Source: a virus
DNA: 64,000 bases
IMG/VR virus record: IMGVR_UViG_3300042922_000346
Location: 650-64,649 of that record
Reading direction: 5' to 3' (one strand)
In this document: piece by piece, positions 38,297 to 47,115 of the stretch
How positions within the stretch are numbered: position 1 is the stretch's first letter
How the letters are laid out: every line of letters starts with the position of its first letter
The notes under the pieces: model-generated
Seen by the model: the letters and a program-made list of their open reading frames with translations, nothing else
The model's database searches: none
Told to the model about the DNA's origin: nothing
Made by a program: the position numbers and the translations under genes

Positions 38297-39145
38297 TTAT
38301 TTTTTAACTGTATCTGCAACAGGTAATTGTAATATCATACCACTATCTCCAGATGTAATAGTTGGAAGTTTCCCATCCCATTTCTTTATCATTTCCATTT
38401 GAACCATTTCTGGGGTTAATTGCTGTGACTTTAATTTATATGATTCTGCTTCTGCTTTAGCTTGTTCAATTTGTTGTTGTGCTTCTGTTTTAATTCTAAC
38501 TAAATCTTGGTCAGCTTTCAAAGCATTTTGTTGAGCAGTTTGTTTTGCTTCAACCGCTTTATTAAATTCATCTGAGAAGTCAAAATCTATAATATTAAAA
38601 TTATCGACTTTTAATCCATATGCCATTATTTTTTCAGACAAAGCTGATTTTATTTGGTCACTGATATCTTGTCTTTTTGTAATTAATTCTTCCGCAGTAA
38701 ATTTAGCTGTTACACTTTTTACAGATTCTTGAATTGCAGGAATAATTATTACTGATTCATAAGCAGTTCCAACAGTCTTATAGATTTGACCAGAAGCATT
38801 TTTTTCTAACTGATAATTAACAGCTACCTTAGATTTAACTACTTGCAAATCTTTTGAAGATGCACTACTTGCAACTTCTGTTACCTTTGTCCTATTATCC
38901 ATAATAATAACTTTTGTTATAAATGGAAGTTTACCATGTAGTCCTTCTTGCATAACCTCATTTGATACTGCTCCAAAATGAGTTACTACTCCAGTGTGTC
39001 CAGATTTGACCCCTGTAACAGAATTTAATCCTATGATTAATATTCCTAATCCTACTAGTCCCCCAATAATTAAACCTTTTGTTGCTTTACCCATAATATC
39101 AATTCTCCTCGTATTTATATTTGGGAGGAAATATCCTCCCCACAT
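38297..39145 (-). CDS. SPFH/band-7 (prohibitin/HflC-like) membrane protein
   Basis: N-terminal TM helix; VVTHFGAVSNEVMQEGLHGKLPFITKVIIMDNRTKV... then Ala/Gln-rich coiled coil with repeated EAKQTAQQ/EQAKAEAE is the SPFH pattern. Confidence 0.7.
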   Translation of the reverse strand: MWGGYFLPNINTRRIDIMGKATKGLIIGGLVGLGILIIGLNSVTGVKSGHTGVVTHFGAVSNEVMQEGLHGKLPFITKVIIMDNRTKVTEVASSASSKDLQVVKSKVAVNYQLEKNASGQIYKTVGTAYESVIIIPAIQESVKSVTAKFTAEELITKRQDISDQIKSALSEKIMAYGLKVDNFNIIDFDFSDEFNKAVEAKQTAQQNALKADQDLVRIKTEAQQQIEQAKAEAESYKLKSQQLTPEMVQMEMIKKWDGKLPTITSGDSGMILQLPVADTVKK

Positions 39146-39149
39146 TACA

Positions 39150-39178
39150 TATTATACTACTTTAATTTATTTTTGTCA
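39150..39178 (-). promoter_or_regulatory. consensus sigma-A promoter P3 (TTGACA-17-TATAAT) with 5' UTR hairpin GGGAGGATATTTCCTCCC
   Basis: Reverse complement TTGACAaaaataaattaaagtagTATAAT; hairpin at 39121-39140. Confidence 0.65.
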
Positions 39179-39183
39179 AGTAT

Positions 39184-40374
39184 CTATTGGAATAAATTAA
39201 ATATTTGGTCTTGTAATGAAACATTAATAGAATTATCTTCAAGCTTATCCATAGTAAATTGTGGCACTTTTTGGTCTACAGCTTGACTTCTTGATATAAG
39301 ATAATTGCTATAGGCTTGGCAATGTGCTTTACAATCGCATAATGTATTACAAAAGAAACTTGTTTTATCTGTAATTTCTTTAGCAGTCCATTCAGATTCT
39401 ATTGTTTTGTCTTTTGACTCTATTTCATTTACTATATTTATAATGTAATCAATTAACTCCTGTTTAGTTTGCTCTGTATAAGGGTAAGAAACAAATCCAT
39501 CTGAAATACTATATTTATATTGAACTGATTGAGGTAATAAAGACATGTTGTTTTCACTAACAGCCTTTTCTAATATCAATTCAATTTCAATTTCACTCAT
39601 GCTTAAAGTTCTTAAGTCTTTTTTTAATTCATTATAAAGAGTTTTGACAATCTCATGTCTAGCGGAGAATGATTGTTTATGGGATGTTTTACCACTCTTA
39701 AGAATATTATCCCATGAAATCCAACAATATTTAAGCATATTCCATTTTACTTCGGAAACACTAATTTTATATTCTTTCTCTAAAGCATAAGCATATAATA
39801 CTAATTGTTTTCCATGTTCATCTAAATCTTTCCCAGTATATTTTGAAGATGTTTTGTAGTCTACTACTTCAACTGTGTGAGATATTATATTACCATCGTT
39901 ATCTTTATTTTCATATAAAATAACTCCGTCAATATATCCCATAAGAACAATTTTTCTATCTTCATAAGGAATATCTGTAAAGAACTCCATTTCAGATTTA
40001 AAATTTGTACATGGAATAGGTTTATAATTTTTCAAACAATGTTCTATACAATATTCAAAATTTTGTTTAATCTTTTCAGATGCAAAATTATATCCATGAA
40101 TATTAAAACACTCAAACATTGCCCCTCTAAATTTATTAAGAGCATCTTCATTAGATATTTTACCAAATTGTAACAACTCTAATAATTCATGAATTTTTGT
40201 TCCAAGGAAGGAGTAAACATTTTGTTTACCTTCCTTTTTTAAATTATATTTTAAATGATATCCTTGTTTACAATTTCTATAATTATCCAATCTTGATATG
40301 GAATATATAGGAAGTCCTTTATATTTTTCTGGAATTATTCTTTCTGCCATATAAATCCTCCTTTGTAAATTCAA
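39184..40374 (-). CDS. PD-(D/E)XK nuclease, Cas4/RecB-like with C-terminal Cys cluster
   Basis: MGYIDGV...EVVDYKTS (D...E.K nuclease core), C-terminal FFCNTLCDCKAHCQAY. Confidence 0.55.
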   Translation of the reverse strand: MNLQRRIYMAERIIPEKYKGLPIYSISRLDNYRNCKQGYHLKYNLKKEGKQNVYSFLGTKIHELLELLQFGKISNEDALNKFRGAMFECFNIHGYNFASEKIKQNFEYCIEHCLKNYKPIPCTNFKSEMEFFTDIPYEDRKIVLMGYIDGVILYENKDNDGNIISHTVEVVDYKTSSKYTGKDLDEHGKQLVLYAYALEKEYKISVSEVKWNMLKYCWISWDNILKSGKTSHKQSFSARHEIVKTLYNELKKDLRTLSMSEIEIELILEKAVSENNMSLLPQSVQYKYSISDGFVSYPYTEQTKQELIDYIINIVNEIESKDKTIESEWTAKEITDKTSFFCNTLCDCKAHCQAYSNYLISRSQAVDQKVPQFTMDKLEDNSINVSLQDQIFNLFQ

Positions 40375-40810
40375 TAACTAACTGCCAATAAGCATTTAAT
40401 ACATCTTTTGTTTTAATAGATTTATTAATTGATTTACCATCAAATGAGTAAGTTGTAATATCATAAAAATAATCATGGTCTATTTCAATAGGGATTACTG
40501 ATATTCTTTTATGAAAATATATTTCTAAAATAATCCTTAATTGAGTTTCATTAAGTAATGGAGTAATTGTAACAATATCATGTACCGAAGAAGATATGTC
40601 TTTTATTGTAATTATTTTTTCTTCTAATATTTCCAATACCCCAAGGAATTGTTTATTATAATAACTTATAGATACTAGACTATCATTATCTCCAACATAA
40701 CACCACATTTGATATAATCGCTCCATTGTTTTTCTATCTTGTTCAAGAAATTGTCTTTTTGAAATGTAATTTGACATATAAAAATCCTCCCTTAAATCCA
40801 TACAGTACAT
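40319..40810 (-). CDS. hypothetical protein (163 aa)
   Basis: ORF overlapping neighbours in operon. Confidence 0.45.
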   Translation of the reverse strand: MYCMDLREDFYMSNYISKRQFLEQDRKTMERLYQMWCYVGDNDSLVSISYYNKQFLGVLEILEEKIITIKDISSSVHDIVTITPLLNETQLRIILEIYFHKRISVIPIEIDHDYFYDITTYSFDGKSINKSIKTKDVLNAYWQLVIEFTKEDLYGRKNNSRKI

Positions 40811-41886
40811 TCTTGTATAAGTTTTTGAAAAATGTCTTTCCCAAAGTCGCTAGGACTAGCCTTTGAATCTTTAGGTAAATATTTATTATCTCTATCAAAA
40901 ACATATGCAATATTACATTCTATGAATTTTGAACTGTATTTTAATTTTTCTGCTTCTGTTTTTATTTGTTCTTCTGGAATACCTTCATCAAAGCAAACTA
41001 TAATATTTTCAAGGAAAGCACTTTGAATTAATCTTTTTTGAATATTAGATATAGAATGTCCTCCAACGGATACTCCACAATTAATTGTTTCGTATTCTTG
41101 TAAATCACCATTTTCGTCATACACTGGTTTTTCTTTAATCTCCATGCTTCTTAATTGCATAGGAAACTTTTCACTTTCACCAATAAAAATTGTTTTTTCT
41201 GATTGTATATAATTATAGTTCTCATAAAATCCGAATAAAATCTGAGATTTATAAAAATTTATTATAGGAAACCACTTAGGAATATTGTTGATTTTACAGT
41301 ATTCCGCTGTATCATTATACCTTCCTGTGATTCCTACTATTTGACCAATCGAATTTCTCCAAGGAACTATAATCCTATCTGTTTCTTCGTCATATCCTAT
41401 ATTGAATAATTGTTGTGTTTTTAAATTAATACCATCTGCTAAAAATCTTTTATGAGGAATTAACTTAAATTCAGTTAATACAGATTCACTATATACAGGA
41501 ATATTTACATAGGTTTCTGGTTCTCTTTTAATTCCTGTATAATACCCACCAAATGGTAATATTATTTTTTCGTCTTTTTCAAATTCAGATACAGACAACC
41601 CTATTGCATTACAAACAATTTCAATTGCTTTATATAGTTTACAATCTTTTAATTCTTGTATTAATGTAAATATATCACCACTTACATTCATAGTTGAACT
41701 TCTTAAAAATGTATATAGAGTATCTTTCTTAATACTTATTCCAGTGGAATTACTGTTTTCATCTTTAGCACATCTTATTTCATTATTGCTAGAATTATGA
41801 ATTTTACAACATCCTATTGCTTGTAATATCTTAATAATATATTCTTCATTATTAATAATTTTCTCTTTGAGGTGAGTTATATTCAA
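40792..41886 (-). CDS. putative DNA primase (TOPRIM-like)
   Basis: N-terminal Cys/His cluster CCKIHNSSNNEIRC; IGESEKF and VCFDEGIPEE resemble TOPRIM E and DxD elements; located next to helicase. Confidence 0.35.
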   Translation of the reverse strand: MNITHLKEKIINNEEYIIKILQAIGCCKIHNSSNNEIRCAKDENSNSTGISIKKDTLYTFLRSSTMNVSGDIFTLIQELKDCKLYKAIEIVCNAIGLSVSEFEKDEKIILPFGGYYTGIKREPETYVNIPVYSESVLTEFKLIPHKRFLADGINLKTQQLFNIGYDEETDRIIVPWRNSIGQIVGITGRYNDTAEYCKINNIPKWFPIINFYKSQILFGFYENYNYIQSEKTIFIGESEKFPMQLRSMEIKEKPVYDENGDLQEYETINCGVSVGGHSISNIQKRLIQSAFLENIIVCFDEGIPEEQIKTEAEKLKYSSKFIECNIAYVFDRDNKYLPKDSKASPSDFGKDIFQKLIQECTVWI

Positions 41887-41898
41887 TTATATCACCTC

Positions 41899-43389
41899 CT
41901 AATATTGTGATACAGTACAATATCCTAATTCTTTCCAATTATTAAAAGCAATGTTCTTTTTATATACTAATTCTGTTCCTCTTGCTCCTCCACGCACTTT
42001 AGCAAGAAAAGCTATTGCGTATTGTTCTTTAGGGTCTAATTCTATTTTTTGAACGCTAGAAGAATAAGTACCATCTTCTTTCCTTATAAAATTATATGGG
42101 TTTATATATTTATTATTACCCATATCTATTTCATCTGCCCACGCATCTCTAAATATAATTACTGTGTCAGCAATTTCAGATATAGCTGTTGCTCCACCCA
42201 AATGTTCACAACCTAATTTTCTAATATTATTATATCTTAAAGCAACTTGTGCTGTAACAATTAAATACATTCCTGCTTTCATACATGCTTGGAATAATGC
42301 TTTAGATGCTTCAACCATTTGTTTCCATGCAGGATTATTATCACTTCCTCCATTATCTGGTGCTTTAAAAGTATCTAGTATAACAACATCATACCCAAGT
42401 TTACTATATTTACCTACAATCATTTTTACAGTATCAATTCTATAATCAAAACATTTTACAAATTCAATAGACCCTGCATATTGTTCTAACCATATAACAG
42501 CTTTTTTTATTAATTCATGTTCTGCTTCTGTAAAATGACCTTCTAAAAATCTTTTCCTTGTAAATCCACTTCTATCCCATAATTTATAATTTATAACAGT
42601 AGTAAGTAGTAATGAACGCCATGCTTCTTCCTCTTCTTCATTTATTATTAAAATAACTTTATGACCTTGTTCAATAAAATCTAATATATATTGTTTTGCT
42701 AACCATGAAGATTTACCTCCAGATGTTGTACTAGCTACAATAGTACAACCTTTTCTAACTCCTGCTGTTTGATAATTTAATATTGGACTTGCTTTAGCAT
42801 ATGATATACCCATATTTTGTCCACTATCTGCTTTCTCTATAAACTTATCGTATCCTGTTGTTAAGTCTGCCGTTTCTAAATCAAGTGTTTTGTGAACAAA
42901 AATAGTATTTAAAATACCATCAAAGTAATTATAAACAGAGTTACTATCTCCCATAATGAAAGTATCTAAATTTGACATCACATCAAATTTTTTATCATGT
43001 AATATCATAAGAATATTATATTTAATAATATCATCATAATATTTATCTATATTGTCTTCATTTAATAAAACAGCAAAACTAGTTAATGCTCTATATCCAC
43101 CTTTGTCATCAAATAGTTTTTTTACAATAGCATCTTTAACTCCAAAATAAGTTAATAAATTTATTTCATCTATTGTATTAAATCCCATTTTTCTCATTTC
43201 TTTCATCATGCAAAAATAAAAACGTCCATCCGTTGTTATAAAATCTTTATCTTTTAAATGATTATAATTATCTAACAGAGTTATTTTTCTCCATAATAAT
43301 CCTAAAAAGTTACCTTCTATAATGTGTCTGTTTTTTAATAACTCTTTAGGATATCTTTCATCTTCTCCAGACATAAATGTAATATCCAT
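41899..43389 (-). CDS. DnaB-like replicative DNA helicase
   Basis: N-terminus EGNFLGLLW like DnaB N-domain; Walker A STTSGGKSSWL, Walker B YDVVILDTFK, RecA-like C-domain. Confidence 0.6.
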   Translation of the reverse strand: MDITFMSGEDERYPKELLKNRHIIEGNFLGLLWRKITLLDNYNHLKDKDFITTDGRFYFCMMKEMRKMGFNTIDEINLLTYFGVKDAIVKKLFDDKGGYRALTSFAVLLNEDNIDKYYDDIIKYNILMILHDKKFDVMSNLDTFIMGDSNSVYNYFDGILNTIFVHKTLDLETADLTTGYDKFIEKADSGQNMGISYAKASPILNYQTAGVRKGCTIVASTTSGGKSSWLAKQYILDFIEQGHKVILIINEEEEEAWRSLLLTTVINYKLWDRSGFTRKRFLEGHFTEAEHELIKKAVIWLEQYAGSIEFVKCFDYRIDTVKMIVGKYSKLGYDVVILDTFKAPDNGGSDNNPAWKQMVEASKALFQACMKAGMYLIVTAQVALRYNNIRKLGCEHLGGATAISEIADTVIIFRDAWADEIDMGNNKYINPYNFIRKEDGTYSSSVQKIELDPKEQYAIAFLAKVRGGARGTELVYKKNIAFNNWKELGYCTVSQY

Positions 43390-43400
43390 TTAATCAACCC

Positions 43401-44018
43401 CTAATCCAAATCTAAATTCATCATTGCTGAAATATCCCTTTGTTTGTTTTGAATTTGTGTGTTCATTAAATTCATGCCATTTGTTGTCTGTGTATTAATA
43501 GTATTATCAGCCATTTTAGATAGAATATCCATCCTAAGTTTATATATCAACAAAGCATCATTTAAATATCCATCTACAATCGTCATTATATAATTTATTT
43601 TATGAGACTCGTTTGTAAATGTTTTATTTTTTAAACACCATACTATATCATCATATTTTTCTTTAAACGCTTGGTGGATAACAGGATAAATATATCCTTC
43701 TTTACTATTAACAATTACGTTACCACCCTTGGTTTCCGCTCCTCTTACTGTTCCGTTTCTTAAATCTTGCAATTTTGTTACTAATGATTTTGGAAGTTTT
43801 TGAGTAATACTATATCCAAAAATATCTTGTCTAATATATTCATATAATTCACAAAAATCATTATATTCCTTTTTATCTTCTTCATATTTTTTATTCCATA
43901 AATTATAATGTTCCGCAGAACAAAAATAATTGTTTTTATCATTAATAACTATTTTGATTGCTTTATTTTGTGTTATTCTAGTTCTACAATATTTGCATAA
44001 GCAATTTGCCATAAGCAT
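43401..44018 (-). CDS. zinc-ribbon protein, possible helicase loader/replication initiation factor
   Basis: N-terminal CLCKYCRTRI...CSAEH; immediately upstream of helicase. Confidence 0.35.
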   Translation of the reverse strand: MLMANCLCKYCRTRITQNKAIKIVINDKNNYFCSAEHYNLWNKKYEEDKKEYNDFCELYEYIRQDIFGYSITQKLPKSLVTKLQDLRNGTVRGAETKGGNVIVNSKEGYIYPVIHQAFKEKYDDIVWCLKNKTFTNESHKINYIMTIVDGYLNDALLIYKLRMDILSKMADNTINTQTTNGMNLMNTQIQNKQRDISAMMNLDLD

Positions 44019-44027
44019 ACCCCCCTC

Positions 44028-44063
44028 TAGTAAAAATAAGGGAGATAATAAACCTCCCTTATT
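44028..44063 (-). terminator. rho-independent terminator after AAA_24 ATPase gene
   Basis: On minus strand ATAAGGGAG-loop-CTCCCTTAT followed by TTTT. Confidence 0.5.
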
Positions 44064-44069
44064 TAATTA

Positions 44070-45122
44070 TTAAACTAATATTTCTTTTATTTCTAATAAT
44101 ACTTCAATATCTAATTGCTCTAAATTGGATAAGTTTGCTATTTTCTTTTCTGATAAATAAGCTACTAAAGCAGTCTTTTGAACATCTGTACTACTTGCAA
44201 ATTTTGATTTTATTTCTGCAACTAATTCATCTGCATTTGGTGCTTGTTGAGCATCTACATATGCTTGTACATCTTTAGCTTTTTGGTCAGCTTGCTCTTT
44301 AGCTATTTCTTTAATATCCTTAGTGATTCCTGCTTTTCTTATTTTTTCTTCTATTGCAGATTGGAAATGTTGTTGGAATAATGCAACTGCTTCTTCTTCT
44401 GTATCAAATACGATATCACCTTTTAAAGCTAATCTACTTCCTGCTTGAGATTCATCTGCATTGTTTCCACTCACTATCATACATCTCTTAATAACACTAG
44501 TTCCGAGCATTGGGTCTTCTACTTTTTTCTTTTCTCCAAAAATAATATAATCAACTAATGGATATATTATTTTTTCAAGTCTTTCAGACATTGTTGAAGT
44601 ATAAGTATCGTAAGGTTCACCTGTTTTTGGTTTTATATTTTTAACCTTAGAGTGGGATATAAATAATATAGCAAATCCTAATTTTTGGATTCTATCTATT
44701 TGCAATTTAAAATACTGGTCTAGTTTAGCATATCCTTGTCCAAATGGTAAATCTCCTATTGCAGTATATTTTTGTCCAGACTTTAATGATTCCTTTTTTA
44801 ACATATAAGGTAAACATAATTCATATGCTTCATTAACAGTATCAAAAACAATTGTTTGAAGGTCATTACCAATTTCTGCTCTATGCTTTTCTAATTTATC
44901 GACAAAGGCAACAAAATTATCCCATGAGTTCATGTCCTCTATAAAGTTAACAACTTGAGCATTAAACCCTTTTTCAAATGGTGCGATAATTGCTTTTGGG
45001 AACATAGAAGCTATCGTTGTTTTACCCCACTTTGGAGGACACACAAAAATACCTGTATAATCTGTAAAGTTTACCTTTGGAATGTTTCTTTTTACCCCTA
45101 ATTTACCTAAATCAAAACCCAT
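44070..45122 (-). CDS. AAA_24/Sak4-like RecA-fold ATPase
   Basis: N-terminal P-loop YTGIFVCPPKWGKTTIAS; Walker B-like IVFDTVNE. Confidence 0.5.
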   Translation of the reverse strand: MGFDLGKLGVKRNIPKVNFTDYTGIFVCPPKWGKTTIASMFPKAIIAPFEKGFNAQVVNFIEDMNSWDNFVAFVDKLEKHRAEIGNDLQTIVFDTVNEAYELCLPYMLKKESLKSGQKYTAIGDLPFGQGYAKLDQYFKLQIDRIQKLGFAILFISHSKVKNIKPKTGEPYDTYTSTMSERLEKIIYPLVDYIIFGEKKKVEDPMLGTSVIKRCMIVSGNNADESQAGSRLALKGDIVFDTEEEAVALFQQHFQSAIEEKIRKAGITKDIKEIAKEQADQKAKDVQAYVDAQQAPNADELVAEIKSKFASSTDVQKTALVAYLSEKKIANLSNLEQLDIEVLLEIKEILV

Positions 45123-45146
45123 AATATCAATCTCCTTAAATTTTAT

Positions 45147-45551
45147 TTATATATTTTTAGCCATGTCGTTTAATATATTAGTTAAATTTTTTATTGCATC
45201 TTGACCATGTTGACAATATATATCAAGTCCTTTAACCTTTCCTGTTGGTTCATCTATTTTTGTTGCAAAAGCTGACGATGGAACAGTCTTTTTATCAGCA
45301 TACCAATAATCATTTGGGTCATGATACTTATAATTATTCCAAATATCATTATCCCTATCTGTTTTAGTTTTTGGGGCGATATCTGTATAACTTGGATAAG
45401 TATATGGAAGTCTTTCTTCACATTGAATAATTATTTTTATAGGACTATTTTGATTATCTATTTCCTTATTATCTATTGATTTCTGTTTCTCTTCAACTAT
45501 AGATTTGAGAGAACATATTTTATTGTGTTGACAATTTTCACATATAATCAT
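45147..45551 (-). CDS. hypothetical Cys-rich protein (134 aa)
   Basis: CENCQHNKIC N-terminal zinc-binding-like motif. Confidence 0.45.
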   Translation of the reverse strand: MIICENCQHNKICSLKSIVEEKQKSIDNKEIDNQNSPIKIIIQCEERLPYTYPSYTDIAPKTKTDRDNDIWNNYKYHDPNDYWYADKKTVPSSAFATKIDEPTGKVKGLDIYCQHGQDAIKNLTNILNDMAKNI

Positions 45552-45605
45552 TTAATCTTCACATCCTTTAATTTATTTTAGTGAGGGGAGTGTATCCCCT
45601 CATTT

Positions 45606-46745
45606 TTAAGAAAATAGATTACTTATTAAAGTAGCAGTATTAGTGTCTGTACTTAATGCTCCATCTTTACTTTCTATAGATGGTGATTTAGCATAGAAAT
45701 CTTCATCAGTATATTTAGTAACAGTATTTGCTTCTCCACCATTTTCCCCAAATTTTAATGTTGGGGCAATTAATCTTATTTCATTTATTCTTGCTCCTGC
45801 TTTCCCTGCTTGATACCTTTGTTTTATTTTTTCAAAAGTAGTTAAACCATAAGCTATCTGTACTTTTTCTGCTTCTGATAAATCCTCTAAAGTTATTTCT
45901 TCCTGTTCTTCTCCTTTTGCAAGTTCACATCTCCATTGAGTTTCATAATAAGTATCCGCAGGAATATTAAAGTACTCCTTATATAAATCTAGTACTATTG
46001 CTTTCGTAGCATCATCCATTGGTTTTCCATTACTAGAAGCTATTTCAGATAATCTATCCATATCAATAACAAGATTAGTAAGTGGAACAAACTCAGTTGC
46101 TTTAGCATCTTTATTCCATGTTGTAGTATATCCACCAATATCAACTTTATTATCGGTACTATATCTTGAATCATCCCATGCAGAATTATTAAATACAAAA
46201 CTTAATGTAGCTTCTGCTTTATTGACATCTTTTTCTCCTGCTAATCTGATTTTTCTAGGTGAGAATTTAACTGTTGTTTTCTTATTGCCTTGTTTATCTT
46301 CAAATCTATTAATTTGAATATTTCCAAAAACACAAATTCTCATATCCTTTTTTAAGGAATTTTTTAATACTTCTACAACATCATATTCTGATAAGAATGT
46401 ATCAGCTTTATCTTCCTCTGACTCAGTTAGTGTAACTTTTAGTTTTTTGAAATCCATAACACTATTTACAATCGTACTATCAAATCTATCTTTCCACGCT
46501 ATTTCTAATTTATTTTTATCTTTATCCATTGCATATACTATATTGTCTTTATTAATAAAGTATCCACCCATTAATTCAAGAAAAATTGTATTTGAACTAG
46601 AAGTCTTTACTCCAAATTGAACCTTATGATATTTATACCCTTTTTCATTTGTATCTCCACTGTAAAATTTATCTGCTTTATCACTTACCACCGCATTACC
46701 TATTAATGTACAAGTACCGTATAAACTAGTTATTTTTTCTACCAT
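45606..46745 (-). CDS. hypothetical protein (379 aa) in recombination/replication module
   Basis: Large ORF, no motif recognised. Confidence 0.5.
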   Translation of the reverse strand: MVEKITSLYGTCTLIGNAVVSDKADKFYSGDTNEKGYKYHKVQFGVKTSSSNTIFLELMGGYFINKDNIVYAMDKDKNKLEIAWKDRFDSTIVNSVMDFKKLKVTLTESEEDKADTFLSEYDVVEVLKNSLKKDMRICVFGNIQINRFEDKQGNKKTTVKFSPRKIRLAGEKDVNKAEATLSFVFNNSAWDDSRYSTDNKVDIGGYTTTWNKDAKATEFVPLTNLVIDMDRLSEIASSNGKPMDDATKAIVLDLYKEYFNIPADTYYETQWRCELAKGEEQEEITLEDLSEAEKVQIAYGLTTFEKIKQRYQAGKAGARINEIRLIAPTLKFGENGGEANTVTKYTDEDFYAKSPSIESKDGALSTDTNTATLISNLFS

Positions 46746-46763
46746 AAAATCACTTCTCCTATT

Positions 46764-47000
46764 TTAATTTATTGTTGTTAAGTTTGAGTCTTCATTAATT
46801 ATAAAATTTTTAAAATCTATATTTGTAATTAATGAATAATTAAAGTCTATTGCAGAGCAATACCATTCAGCATCTTCTGATAAAAGAAATTCTTTTGCAT
46901 CTTCTCTAAGTTTTTTATTCCTGCTGTTTAAATCCATCAATGCATCATAAACTACTTGAACCATTAATGTTTTGTAACATTCATCATGACACACTACCAT
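46764..47000 (-). CDS. hypothetical protein (78 aa)
   Basis: First ORF downstream of promoter P4. Confidence 0.45.
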   Translation of the reverse strand: MVVCHDECYKTLMVQVVYDALMDLNSRNKKLREDAKEFLLSEDAEWYCSAIDFNYSLITNIDFKNFIINEDSNLTTIN

Positions 47001-47023
47001 CCCCTCTTCCTTTGCTATAACTT

Positions 47024-47052
47024 ATTATACCATTTATACTTAATTTTGTCAA
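47024..47052 (-). promoter_or_regulatory. consensus sigma-A promoter P4 (TTGACA-17-TATAAT, TGg extended -10)
   Basis: Reverse complement TTGACAaaattaagtataaatggTATAAT. Confidence 0.65.
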
Positions 47053-47083
47053 GGGTTTTTTGTAATATCTTGTCGAAATTTTT

Positions 47084-47115
47084 GTTATAATGGAGAATGT
47101 TTTCTCCATTATAAC
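47084..47115 (-). other. 14-bp perfect-stem hairpin overlapping the 3' end of the topoisomerase A-subunit gene
   Basis: GTTATAATGGAGAA-tgtt-TTCTCCATTATAAC; no U-tract on either strand. Confidence 0.6.

Noticed and set aside
47084-47115. 14-bp-stem hairpin as intrinsic terminator of the topoisomerase A gene
   Set aside because: No U-tract follows on either strand; kept only as a stem-loop feature.
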